From Chrysochromulina tobinii (lineage: Eukaryota), in the NCBI GenBank assembly GCA_001275005.1, contig JWZX01003024.1, positions 1 to 32,550 of the forward strand: a stretch of DNA of 32,550 nt. The letters run 5' to 3'. Under the pieces are notes generated by a model. It saw only the letters and a program-made list of their open reading frames with translations. It searched no databases and had not been told where the DNA came from. The position numbers were made by a program, and so were the translations under genes. This document shows, in pieces, positions 9,865 to 20,642 of this stretch. Numbering within the stretch: the first letter of the stretch is position 1; each line of letters opens with the position of its first letter.

Positions 9865-11038
9865 ATGGGGTCGCCCGCTCGATCGCGATTTGGCGCAGAG
9901 CTCGAGATCCCCGGTCCAGGCACCTACAACTATGCGACCGACCAGACTAGCAGCGGGTTCATGGGCGATGCGCCCAAATACACTATCGCATCACGCAAGG
10001 TGCAGACGAAGCCGGACGACGCATCGCCTGGACCCATATATTCGCCGAGAATGGAGAGCGCGCTCGAGCAATCGCCGCAGTACTCGTTCGGCAATTCGAA
10101 ACGCTTCGAGGCAGGGGGCACCTTTCCACCGGGGCCAGGCCAGTACGAGTCGCTCTCCACCCGTTTTGGAGGGTCCCTGGTTGGAGATGCTCCCAAGTAT
10201 GGATTTTGGCACGTCCGTGCAGCGGCCGTCCAGCGAGCACAAAAAGGGGCAGCGGTGAGCTGCATGCCCCAGCGTTCGACTTGCGTGCCCCAGCGTCGCC
10301 TTGTGTGCCGTTGCGAGGTCTCGTCTCATCCGCTCACGACTGCGCCCGCACTGCAGCTTCATCTCCAAGGAACACGCGATCAAGTCGAACTACGGTGTGA
10401 ACTCGCCAGGGCCAGTTGCCTACTCGTTTCAGGCGCGTGCGCATCGCGCATCGCGCGCCCAGCCGAAATGCCCCATCGGCTCTGCTCATCAGCGTGTCAT
10501 TGACAGTACAACCCTCTGGGCCAAACTGCCCACTGTCGCAGGGAACGATTGGCGCGCAACTCTGCGGCACAAGTCAAGCAAATTCACCCCGCTACACGAT
10601 ACGACCGCGGCTCGAGGGATCGGCTACAGCGGCGGCGGCTGAAAGAGACCGGCCAGGCCCAGGCAAATACAACCAACCCCCCGCCTTTGGCAACCAGGTG
10701 GCCTCGACGCGAAACTCATCCGCGAACTATAGCTTTGGCACGTCTGAGCGCCACAACCCCGCCACCAACCCAAATCGCGTACCGTACATCGGGAAAGACT
10801 TTGACAAAGTCTATTTTGGTGCGCCCGCTTGCGTTTCTGTACACTGCTCCTCGAGCGCCCGCGGTTCGCACTGTCATCGCCGCGATCGAGACCCCCCACA
10901 TCCAACCCCGATTCCACAGGTGTCAACTCTCCGGGGCCTTCCAAGTACGCATTTGGTGGCTCCATCGGGGCCACACTGCCGGATAAAAAGACGTCGTCCA
11001 AGTACTCATTTGGTGGCGAGTCGCGGTTCGCGTACTAG
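9865..11038 (+). CDS. SHIPPO/PGP-repeat (ODF3/STPG-like) axonemal protein; 4 exons (9865-10254, 10357-10432, 10542-10818, 10920-11038) with an apparent +1 frameshift at 10204-10207
   Basis: Repeated (S/T)PGPGxY ... PxYSFG units: IPGPGTY, SPGPIY, PPGPGQY, NSPGPVAY, RPGPGKY and NSPGPSKY. Splice sites rejoin the repeats in frame. The second intron is probably GC-AG. Confidence 0.8.
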
Positions 11039-11612
11039 GACCCATAGCTTATGGCATCGTTCTCGTTCTCCTTGAGAGTTCTTTGAAGAGGATGAAGAAC
11101 TGTCACGGTCCGCAGCTCGTCCTCAGCGCCACGGTGAACGTGGGCCCGGCCAGATAGGCTGAGAAGTTTGAGGCTGACTGCGGCGCGAGCGGAACTGCAT
11201 GCGCGTCTGCTCGTGGCGCGCCGTCGCCGTTGCCCGCGACCCGCGTCTCCCGTGTGGCCGGTGTGTGCATCCCCTACGTGCGCTACGTTGTATGAGCGGA
11301 GCACGACGTCGAGCTGTCGCGCGAACTCGATGATTGCGCTCCGCTTCCGCACCAGCGCGCGGGGAGCGCTTCATATCGTACGGAGATAATACAGTAGAGT
11401 CTGCATATGGCTGGTGTTTCGCGGTTAGAATAATGATTACGCATGTGCGGTGTGGGCTTCCGCGGATTCGAGATTGCGGCTTCCGAAGATAGGGGTGAAC
11501 ACCCAGTCAGGGGGGGTGGTGAGAAAAACAAGTAGACACACCAAAAACACAGTACACAGTCTCCAGAGTTGGGAGAACGCAATGGTATATGCCCCACTAC
11601 CCTACTGCCCTA

Positions 11613-14600
11613 CTACATGTCATACGAGCACTCATGGGCACCAACTTTTTTTATGGCAACCTTGGCTGCATGGGCGGAACCGACAGCATGACTGGCAGCG
11701 GCGGCTTGGGCGGCTTGGCTGGCTTGGGCGAGTGCCTCGGCCTTTGCGAGCTCGACTGCAGCCACGAGCGCTGCCTTGGCGTTGGCATCGGCCGCCTCGA
11801 CCGCACTGTCGCCACCTCGATGGCGTGCTGGCGCTCGCTTGCAGCCACTGCCTGTGCCTCCGACACGGCCGCAGCCACTGCACGTGCGACGGCCTCGTCG
11901 ATGGCCGCCTGCGCGTGCGCCTGCGCTGCAGCCGCCACTGCCTCGGCCGCCTCATCTGCCGCCGCGGTCGAAGCGCTGCGCGCGTACGCCTCTGCAGCTG
12001 CGAGCGCCACAGCGGCCTCGGTCCCGGCCTGGCGTGCATGGCCGAGCTTCGCCGCGAGAGCTTCGAGCGCCGCCTCGGACACACGAAGCTCCTCCGCCAT
12101 CTTGGCAGACTGCTGCGCTTGCCACTCGCGAGCCTCGCGCAGCTCCCTTTGCGCCTGCGACTCCACCTGCGACTCCACCTGCGACTGCGACTGCGACTGC
12201 GCACGCGCCGCCTCGATCACCTTTTCGGCCGCCACGCTTGCGTCAGCAGCTAGCTGCCTCGCCCTCGCAGCTTCCTCGGACGAGCGCACCACCTCATTCC
12301 TCGCCTGATCTAGCAGCGCACCCTGCCGATCCGCCTCGGCCTGCATGCGCTCGAGCGCCTCGGCTAGCCGCTGCGTCTCGGCACGCGCGGCGCTCGCCTC
12401 AGCGCTCGCCTCGTCCGCCGCCCGGCGCGCCTCATCCGTCGCTTGATGGAGCTCGAGGCTCGACGAATAAGCCGCAGCCCGCGCCGCATCGAGCTCCGCC
12501 CGAAGAGTGGCCTCCGCCTCGCGCATGGCTGCTACCTCCGCCGTCCACTCGGGCGTCAGGGACTCACTCATCTCAGCCGCCGTGCGCTCGCCCAGCGCCG
12601 CCGCCTCTCGTGCCGCCGCCTCTCGTGCCGCCGCCTCGAGCTGCGCCATCAGCTGCGCCTCAAGCTGCACTGCGCCCTCGCGCGCGGCGACCACCTCCGC
12701 AACGAGCTGCCGCCGCGCCTCGTCGCTTTCTCGGGAGAGCCTCTGCTGCTCGAGACGATGCTGCTCCCGCTCGTGCTCGATCTGCGCCTGGCTCGCGGCG
12801 AGGCTGGCCGCATGCTCACGCCGGAGCGCCGCCTCGTCAGCCGCAGCGTGCTCGCGCGCGAGGCACGCCGCCTCGAGCTTTGCGGCCTCAAGCTGGCTCT
12901 GGAACGTGTGCAGCGCGGTCGCGCCATTTGCTTGTGCCTCGTCGAGGCTGCTCGCGTGCTCGCGACGAGCAGCCTCGAGCTCGCACGCGAGCTCAAGCTC
13001 AATGCGTCGTGCAGCCTCGAGCTCGCGACGAATAGCCTCGAGGGCGTTCGAAGAGGCGCGTGCATGCTCCTGCTGAGCGTCGAGCAGCGCCTCCGCTCGC
13101 TCGCGTTGGGCCTCGAGGAGCGTCGTCGCGAGCGCCTGCTCCTTCTCAAGCAGTGTCGCGGCAAAGGTCGCCTCTTGCTCCCGACGAGCCGCGGCAGCCT
13201 GTTGAGCGACCTCGTGCGCAGCGACGCGCGCCGCTTCGTCGGCGGCCTCCCTCTGCTGCTGATGCACGCGCTCCAGCTGCCGCCGCTCCGACGCTGCCTC
13301 AGCCCCTGCCTCGACTAGTGCTCGCCGCAGCGCCTCAGTGTGCGCCGCTTCCATCGCGGTGAGCGCCTCAGTATGGCGCTGTTCCATCTGCTCGATTCTC
13401 GCCTTCAGATCACGCGTCACCGCCGCCTCGGCCGCTGCGACTGCTGCCTGCTGCGCGCGTCGCGCTTCGCTCGCAGCCGCCTCCTCGCGCGCCGCGGCCG
13501 CCGCCTCCGCCTCGCTTCTCGCGGCCGCGGCCGCCGCCCGTGCCGCCGCGTCTTGTGCGCTTCGCGCACGCTCATCGGCATGCAGAAGAGCCTCTGCATG
13601 CTCGCGGGCCAGCGCATCAAGCGCCGCCGCCTCGTGTGCCGATGCCGCCTCTCTGGCTGCCGCGAGCTCCGCCGCCGCCGTCTCGATGGCGTGCTGCCGC
13701 TGCTGGTTCGCCGCTTGGAGCAAAAGCGCCTGGGCATCTTGCGCTGCGTAGAGCGTGGCAATGCGCTCGTCGGTGGCCTTCTCGGCCGCAGTGTGGAGCG
13801 CCGCGGCGATCTCGTTCTCGTGCTTGCGCAGCAGCGCATTGCTCACCGCGTACGCCTCGTCAGCCGCCCGGCGCAGCGCTTGCGCCCTCTGTGCCGCAGC
13901 TTCACTCAACGCAGCCTCGAGCTTCTCGACATGGCGAGCCTCGAGCGCAGCGCGCTCCTGTGCCGCCTCCGCTTCCACGGCCTGGCGCGTAGAGGCCTCC
14001 GCCTCCGCCCTGGCTTGCGCCACCTCGGCGGCCTGCGCCTCGATTGCGGTGCGTGCGGCGGCCTCCTGATGGGCAGCATGCTCGCGGAGCATTTGGGTCG
14101 TGCGCTGCATCGCGAGCTGGTGGGCCGCCTCGAGGGAGCTGCAACGCTCGCGCTCGGCGTTGAGCTCGGCGATGGTCTGCACCAACTGCCGCCCCTCGTG
14201 TGTACGCGCCGCTGCAAGTTCCGCCTCCGCAGCCGCGAACACTCGCTGCCGGGCGCGGCGTGTGGCGGTTGCGACGCTATGGAAGAGGAGCGCCGCGTCC
14301 TCGGCACTCGAGACGAAGCGAGCAGGTAGCGCCGCCAGCGCCTGAGGCATCGAGGGCCGTTGGCGGCTACCCACCGCAAGTGTGGTGTCCTCGCCACTGG
14401 AGGCGAGAACTGCAGCGACGGCCACCGCCGCCGAGTCGGAGGCAGCGGCAGCCGCCGCGGCCGCGGCGATGGCGCCATCGGCGGCTTCAGCAAGAGCGAG
14501 CGCGGCGGGTGGCGGTGGCGTTGGGCTCGGGAGCAGCGTCACCGCATCGCCAGGGAAGGCAAGGGTGACGCACGGGCGCACCACAGCCGGCAGCACCACG

Positions 14601-15505
14601 CATGCATCCACCTCGGGGCCACCGTTGATGGCAAACGCGAGACGGTGGTTGTTCATGTCGACGATCACCTCGATCGTCGAGCCACGCGCGCGCCCTTGCA
14701 GGTGGCAACTCTGCGGGCCGCGCGCCTGTGGCAGGATGTGCCTATGGCCTACGCCAACTTCGCGTGGGCCGCGCGCTGCGTGCAGCCGGCCATCATAGGG
14801 GCAAAACCCCCAATAATGCTCGGCCGAGGGCGCAGCCTCTGTGGCCGAAGGGTCCGCATCAGCGATGCCCAGGCGCATGCCGAAGCCGTCGTTGCCCCGC
14901 GAGTGGCGGATCACAAACACGAAGCGGTGCTCGCCGGTGCTCATCAGCGGCAGCCCGAGCACCGCACCTGCACCCTGCGTCATGTGCGTGGCCGTCGAGC
15001 GCGGCTCGTCGTCTGTGCCTTCGTAGACAAGGTCGACATCTGCTGGTGCCCAGCGCCATCGCGGCGGCATCAGACCTGTGGCGATACCGTCGATCTCCTG
15101 GGCAGCCACCGGCACCATTCCGGTCGGAGCGGCGCCCGCTCCACTGGAAGCTGGCGGTAGCGGCTCACCGTAACCGCTGGCTCCACCACCACGGCCACCA
15201 AGCGAATGCGCATCCCCCGATGAAAGCGAGAGGCGCTGTGTGCCCGGCGCTACCGGCACTCGGCGCGGTAGCGCCTGCGGCCGCGGTGGAGCCTGCCGTC
15301 GTGGTGGTGAGGCTTGCACCCGTGGGGTAGACAGTGACGCAACCCGTCTGCTCATCGTGGCGTCGAGTGGACCGCGAGCGCCTACAGCGGCAGCAGCTCG
15401 CTGCTGCTCGACGATCGAAGCTACTATCGACTGCGCCTTCAATGGTGAAGATAGCCGCACGGGCGCGCCGAGGCTTTCGCGGTCGCGGCGCGAAGATGAT
15501 GACAT
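11613..15505 (-). CDS. Large protein with an N-terminal SPRY/B30.2-like domain and a very long Ala/Glu-rich coiled coil; apparent 1-nt frameshift near 11805
   Basis: SPRY-like pattern at ~15060-14535 (GEHRFVFVI...MRLGI...WGF...GSTIEVIVDMNNHRLAFAING...VRPCVTL), then ~850 aa of heptad-like A/E/R/Q sequence. The listed ORF ends at 11651, but the coiled-coil character continues in another frame to a stop at 11613-11615. Confidence 0.75.
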
Positions 15506-15670
15506 GGGGCGCGCCAGCGTCGTCTCGCGACGGCGGCGCCGGCCGCCGCCGTCACGGCGAATTTTTCAAGTGCAGGTTCGCTCCTCCGCAGGCTATGAGG
15601 ACTCGGTTGCGTGTTTAGAAAGTTGTGATTCCGAATCTTCGTTTCAAAGCTTCCTTTCCATTGAACAGCA

Positions 15671-17302
15671 ATGTCGTTTGTGAAAAGAGTAGCCGCGGAG
15701 GAGCTCGCCTCCACAGTTGCGCGCCACTTTGGCACATCCGACTCGCCGTTCAGCCACGTCGATGCGGACCATGCCATCAGCGGATTTCGAAGCGCTCTAA
15801 GTGTGGAGGCAGCGGAGGCCGGCCGGCCACTCCATCTGTTGCCGCCTCACTCAATTGTGCTTGCACTTCGACGCTTTCTGGGCCCAATGTCGTACGAGCG
15901 CGAGCTCTCCGAAATCCTGTGCGCGGCGTACGGCTCCGCGCACGGCGGTCCTGTGAACGCTGTCTTGCTCCTCGATCAGTTCGCACACGCTCTTGCGCCT
16001 TCGCATATGTCAAGGCCGGCGCTCATGACCAAGATGGACCTGAAGGCGGCGATCGCCGCGTGGGTGGCGGAGCGCGGTCCTCCCCAGTCCTCCCCTGCCT
16101 CGCCCCCGCGGCTCACCTCGGGCTCGCCACTCGGCCCTACTTCGGTCGGGCGAACGCCACGAAACAGCCCGCCAGGGAGCGCCGCCCCAGCGGTGGGGAC
16201 GGCGGCCTACCAACGGCAACTGAGCGCCTCGGACCCAGGTGCCTTGATCCCGGCGCCGCAGTCGCTCTTCTCGCCCGTTCCGGCGAGCGCCGCGACCTTG
16301 CGCGTCGAAGCCGCAGCACTCAGCGCATCGTCGAGTGAGCCACTGCGCGCGGCGGGCTCGGCGCTCTCAGCGCTGATCGCGCAGGCGACGGCGGCGGCGC
16401 ACGACCACGAGCGCGCGCTCACTGCGACGAGCGAGGCGGCGCTCGGCTGGCAGGGGCGCGCCATGAGCGCCGAAAGCGAGGCGGTGGCTCTCACGACCGC
16501 GCAGCGAGCTCTGCACGCGGAGCTCGCCGCATCAGAACGGGAGAAGAACGCGGCACGGTCGCGCGTGGAGGTCCTTGAGCAGCGCGTCATCAGCCTCGAG
16601 CACGAGCGAGCTGTGCAGGCGCTGCGCGAGCGCGAGGCAGAGGGACGTGCGCTCGAGCTCCAGGCACAGATCGCGGCTAAGGCGACTGAACTTCGCTCGT
16701 CGCAGCAGGCGCACATGCACGAGCATCAGCAGCGGATCGCCTCGGAAGAGGAGCTGAGCCGAGCGCGCGCCCACGCGCACGCGCAGCTCGAGTCGCAAGC
16801 GCACGAGCAGGTCCAGTTCCGCCGGCAGCTCGATGAGGAGCGCGAGGCAAGTGCCCAGGCCGTGCGCGAGGCAAACGCCCGGTTTCAGGCGGAACTCGAC
16901 ATGACACGGCAGGAGCTCACGCGCCAGTTGAACGACGAGCGCGCGAGTGTGGCTCAGCTGCGCAACGAGCTGCGCGCCGCGCGCCTCGACCTCGAAAGCA
17001 CCCGCAACCTGCGTGCCCGCGAGCGCGCCGAGTATGATGCGGCAGCGCAGCACGCGGCGGAGCTCCAGCGCGCCGCCGTCGCGCGCATGGAGTCCAAGAT
17101 GGCGGCCGCCGCGAGCCAGGCCGCGCTACAGCTCGAACGCGCGCGCAAGGAGCTGGCAGACGAGCGTGCGCTCACACAGGAAATCGTCACCGAGGCGAAG
17201 CAGGAGGCGGCCGCAGCCATGGCGCAGACGCTCGAGGCTCGGGAGGATGCGCTCCGCTGGCAGAGGGCCATGACGCCGAATTCGACGATCTCTGGCTTGT
17301 GA
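15671..17302 (+). CDS. Hypothetical coiled-coil protein, 543 aa
   Basis: Long ATG-initiated ORF: helical N-terminal region, Ser/Pro-rich linker, then ~300 aa of E/A/R/Q coiled coil. Divergent from the SPRY gene. Confidence 0.75.
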   Translation: MSFVKRVAAEELASTVARHFGTSDSPFSHVDADHAISGFRSALSVEAAEAGRPLHLLPPHSIVLALRRFLGPMSYERELSEILCAAYGSAHGGPVNAVLLLDQFAHALAPSHMSRPALMTKMDLKAAIAAWVAERGPPQSSPASPPRLTSGSPLGPTSVGRTPRNSPPGSAAPAVGTAAYQRQLSASDPGALIPAPQSLFSPVPASAATLRVEAAALSASSSEPLRAAGSALSALIAQATAAAHDHERALTATSEAALGWQGRAMSAESEAVALTTAQRALHAELAASEREKNAARSRVEVLEQRVISLEHERAVQALREREAEGRALELQAQIAAKATELRSSQQAHMHEHQQRIASEEELSRARAHAHAQLESQAHEQVQFRRQLDEEREASAQAVREANARFQAELDMTRQELTRQLNDERASVAQLRNELRAARLDLESTRNLRARERAEYDAAAQHAAELQRAAVARMESKMAAAASQAALQLERARKELADERALTQEIVTEAKQEAAAAMAQTLEAREDALRWQRAMTPNSTISGL

Positions 17303-17892
17303 CGAATTCGACGCATGCATGGGTTGACATAGTGGCCTTGAGGCAGACCCATTCACAGAGTCATGCCGCACACGGTGGTCGGATCGGAGCAACGGCGCCG
17401 CAGAGGGAGACCTCTCAGCTCCAGAGATCGCACATTTACGTCCGCTCCAACACAGATCGTAAACGTGTACGCTACTGTAAGTGCACAGATCTAGTTGTTA
17501 GTCACCGGGCGGTACGGGTGCCGGTTCGGACTTCGGTCTTCGGTTCGCTGTCCGTATCCTTCTATGTGGAGCGGGCACTTGTGCGCAAATGCGCAAGGCA
17601 TCGTGCTCCGTTCGTCCGTGCCGGCTCGCAGTAAAAAATGTCGATAAAAAATGTACCGTCCTACGCCCCCGCACCGCCGGTCCGCGACCGGTCGTCTCCC
17701 GTCGTCTCTCGGTTCTCCCTTCTCCGCTAGACTGGCTACACACGCCACATGGAAGTCAGGCACGTCCAGCCCGTTTTCTCGTTGGGTCTGCGCGCAGCAT
17801 GGCTTATGTACGTGCCGTCGCTGTGGAGCCGCAGCGCCAGAAGCGCGCGCTCATGGCCACATCGCCGCAGACATCGTCACACAGTGGTTCGA

Positions 17893-20259
17893 TCAAGTGT
17901 TCGACCTCTTGCTCTCCTTGAGTTTCAGCTCTATCCACTGCTTCTCGATGCAGTAGACATCGCGCAGGTAGTCGCAGACCTCGTTGACGCAGTGGCCCTG
18001 CAGCAGCACTTCGACGTCCTTGGTGTTATTGCCGGGCAGCTTCAGCACGGCGGTCGTGCAGCCGAGCTTGACTTTGAGCGCGTCCGAGACCGCCTGGGGC
18101 GAGATGCAGAACGACTCGAGACCTGAGACGTGCGTCTTGTTGTGGCCAGCCGCGCGCTTCATCTCAATGCTGATGGGCTTGAGCGCGCCCTTGCGGATTG
18201 ACGGGGCCTCGCCCTGGACCTCGACACGGTGGAAAGCGGTCATGCGCTCCTTCAGCGACGCCTTGAGCTCGGCGAGCGACATGTGCGTCGCAAAGGTCGT
18301 CCCCTTCTTCGCGCCTCCCGCGAGCTTGACGAGCGCGTTCAGCAGCAGCTCGTCGAGCGGGACGGCCGCTGGGTCAAAGTCGGGCAGCCCCGTTCCGACG
18401 CTGCCCCCCGCGGAGGGCGCGGGCGGCGGCGTGGGCGTGCCATCAAGGAGCTTGAGCGTGGCGATGGCGTCGACGATGGCATTGGCCGTGGTCGCGCCCG
18501 CGCCGTAGGTCTGGAGCTCATCCACGGTGAGCGCGCCGACGGCGAGCGCGCCGAGCGAGTCGAAGCCGTCTGCGGCGAGCGCGGCGGCAATCTGCACAGC
18601 GGTCGCGTCATCGGCCACCCCGCCCGAGCTGACGAGCCACGCGCGCACTACGTCGGGCGCGTTCCCGGCGAGCACATTGGCGAGGGGCGCAGCGTATGCC
18701 TCGGGCACTCCGAGCTTTGAGAGCTCGGCGGCATTAAGGCTGCCCGCTTGGAGCGCAGCAACCGAGTCGAAGCCCTCCGTGGCGAGGGCATCCGCCGCCG
18801 CCGCTGCTTCGGCTGAGGGCATCCCGGCCGCATAACGCAGGAAGCCGCACACCTCGGGAGGCCCCTCGGCCGAAGCCGAAGCACCGTCACCACCTGTGGC
18901 GCTGGCCGCCGGGCCGCCCTCGCCTCCCGCGCCGCCGTCGGCGTCATCCGAGTGAGCACCTCCGAGCACGAGCTTGGTCCGAATGTATTGCTCGAGCGCG
19001 GCGTGCGCCTCGCCGAGGGTGTACGTGGCGCTCTTGTCCTTTTTGCCGACGGCCTCGAAGAGCGGCTTGGTGTACGAGTTAGGCTGCCACAGATCGGTGA
19101 CCACAGGCGGCTTGGTGCGCAGCGGCTCGTCCTTGGCTTCCTCCCGCGCACCTCCAGCCGCACCGGCCGCGCTCACCTCTTCCTTTGCCTTGGCAGCGCT
19201 CGTGCCGAGCAGCTCGAAGGCTTCATACGCGGCGCTCGAGCGGTCGACGGACAGGATGGTGATGATGTTCTTAACGTCGCGTACATTGCACCACTTCTGC
19301 TTGTGCATGTGCTTGATGAACTTTCCCACCTGCTTGTAGCTCGTCTTCTTGGCGTCGAGCGTCGGCTGACCCGCCGGGCGCGCGGGCTGCATGTGGTTGA
19401 GGTAGAACTTGTCCGCGGTCAGCGGCAGCTCTGAATCGGTGCATGTCGTCTTGAAGGCGGCCCAGAAGCAGTACTCCATCAGGGCGTCCGGATCCATCTC
19501 TCCAACAGCCTCGACAGGACCGCTCGCGCGTGCCTCACCCGATCGCCGCTCGCCCGAGCGCCGCTCGCCCTTGCGCGGCTCGTCATCCTCTTCGTCGTCC
19601 TCGTCCTCGTCCTCGTCCTCACCCGCCGCTGCTCCCGTGCCCGAGGACGCGGCGATCTCGTCGGCGAGGAAGCCATCATTAGGCACCTTGCGCCCGCCAT
19701 ACGACCAGAGCGAGTCGCGGTACACGTGTAGCACTGCCATGCCCTTGCCCTTCATGCCGGTCTTGGCCACTTCGTCGGACGAGACGAGCATCTTGCCCAC
19801 TGCAAAGGGCGCATCGTTGCCCTCGACGCGGATACACCGCTTCTGCCCGGCCGCAAACTTACCCAGGCCACCGTCGGGGACGATGACGCCGGGTAGCATC
19901 ATGTCTGCGCCTGCACCGCGTTCCTTGGGCAGCAGGAACTTGGACACTGGCCCGTGCGTCACGAGCTCCGGTATGATTGATGGCAGCATCCACAGCGTAA
20001 AAAGCGTCGGGAAGACGGCACCGAAGCCGTCGTCGAAAAATGCGGCTGGCCCGTCGCCGGGCACGTACAGGTGCGTGCCGTTCGAGCACTTGAGCAGGTG
20101 TACATCCGTCTCCTCCTTTACCCGCAACACTTTGTCAAGCATCTTCTTGGTGAGCAGCGGAAACTCTTCCATGAGCTGCGAGCGCAGTCGCTTGACGTCC
20201 GCCTTGCCCAGTATCGATTGCGTGGTGATTTTGGACTCGGCCTTGAAAACGTTGGACAT
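17893..20259 (-). CDS. EIF2D: Eukaryotic translation initiation factor 2D (ligatin) with inserted tandem SAM-like domains, ~788 aa
   Basis: Pre-PUA/PUA (VFPTLFTLW, GADMMLPGV, KGKGMAVLHVYRDSLW), winged helix (LDAKKTSYKQVGKFIK), SWIB/MDM2-like region and C-terminal SUI1 (NKTHVSGLESFCI...EVLLQG). Start taken at the ATG at 20259 (MSNVFK). Confidence 0.9.
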   Translation of the reverse strand: MSNVFKAESKITTQSILGKADVKRLRSQLMEEFPLLTKKMLDKVLRVKEETDVHLLKCSNGTHLYVPGDGPAAFFDDGFGAVFPTLFTLWMLPSIIPELVTHGPVSKFLLPKERGAGADMMLPGVIVPDGGLGKFAAGQKRCIRVEGNDAPFAVGKMLVSSDEVAKTGMKGKGMAVLHVYRDSLWSYGGRKVPNDGFLADEIAASSGTGAAAGEDEDEDEDDEEDDEPRKGERRSGERRSGEARASGPVEAVGEMDPDALMEYCFWAAFKTTCTDSELPLTADKFYLNHMQPARPAGQPTLDAKKTSYKQVGKFIKHMHKQKWCNVRDVKNIITILSVDRSSAAYEAFELLGTSAAKAKEEVSAAGAAGGAREEAKDEPLRTKPPVVTDLWQPNSYTKPLFEAVGKKDKSATYTLGEAHAALEQYIRTKLVLGGAHSDDADGGAGGEGGPAASATGGDGASASAEGPPEVCGFLRYAAGMPSAEAAAAADALATEGFDSVAALQAGSLNAAELSKLGVPEAYAAPLANVLAGNAPDVVRAWLVSSGGVADDATAVQIAAALAADGFDSLGALAVGALTVDELQTYGAGATTANAIVDAIATLKLLDGTPTPPPAPSAGGSVGTGLPDFDPAAVPLDELLLNALVKLAGGAKKGTTFATHMSLAELKASLKERMTAFHRVEVQGEAPSIRKGALKPISIEMKRAAGHNKTHVSGLESFCISPQAVSDALKVKLGCTTAVLKLPGNNTKDVEVLLQGHCVNEVCDYLRDVYCIEKQWIELKLKESKRSNT

Positions 20260-20642
20260 TCTCTGATCCGGCGCCAAGATATGGTCCGACTACGCGGTCT
20301 GCCCTTCCGAAGCACTCCAGCCGACGCACGACGCGGCACAGAGTGGAGTGTGAACGATTAAAGGCCGTGAATTACTTTGAACGCAACGCGTGACCAGGTT
20401 TACTCTTTTCATTCATTCAGCATATTTCACAACACACCATCACAGATCTTCAGCATTCACATTCAAATCTGACACGCCTACACGACAGCGCACATTCCGC
20501 ACTATCTTGCAGCACAGACCAGTGAGTTTGACAGCTTGAGCGGCCTGACACAAGGACAAGCCGCGAACGCCAAGCAGTCCAGCGGGTGCGGCGGAACAAT
20601 TGCACGCCGCCAATGGTTTCCTGTCCCGGACACGTGGCCACT

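Noticed and set aside
11035..11352. Minus-strand peptide RKRSAIIEFARQLDVVLRSYN and a good-looking acceptor at 11178 as extra exons of the SPRY gene
   Set aside because: I could not build a consistent splice path and recognise no homology. RNA-seq would be needed.
10204..11810. Programmed ribosomal frameshifting or RNA editing as a shared cause of the frameshifts
   Set aside because: The shifts go in opposite directions, share no sequence context and have no slippery heptamer. Indel errors or alleles are more parsimonious.
19540..19620. RSGER repeats and an acidic run in eIF2D
   Set aside because: Ordinary low-complexity linker between the PUA and WH domains.
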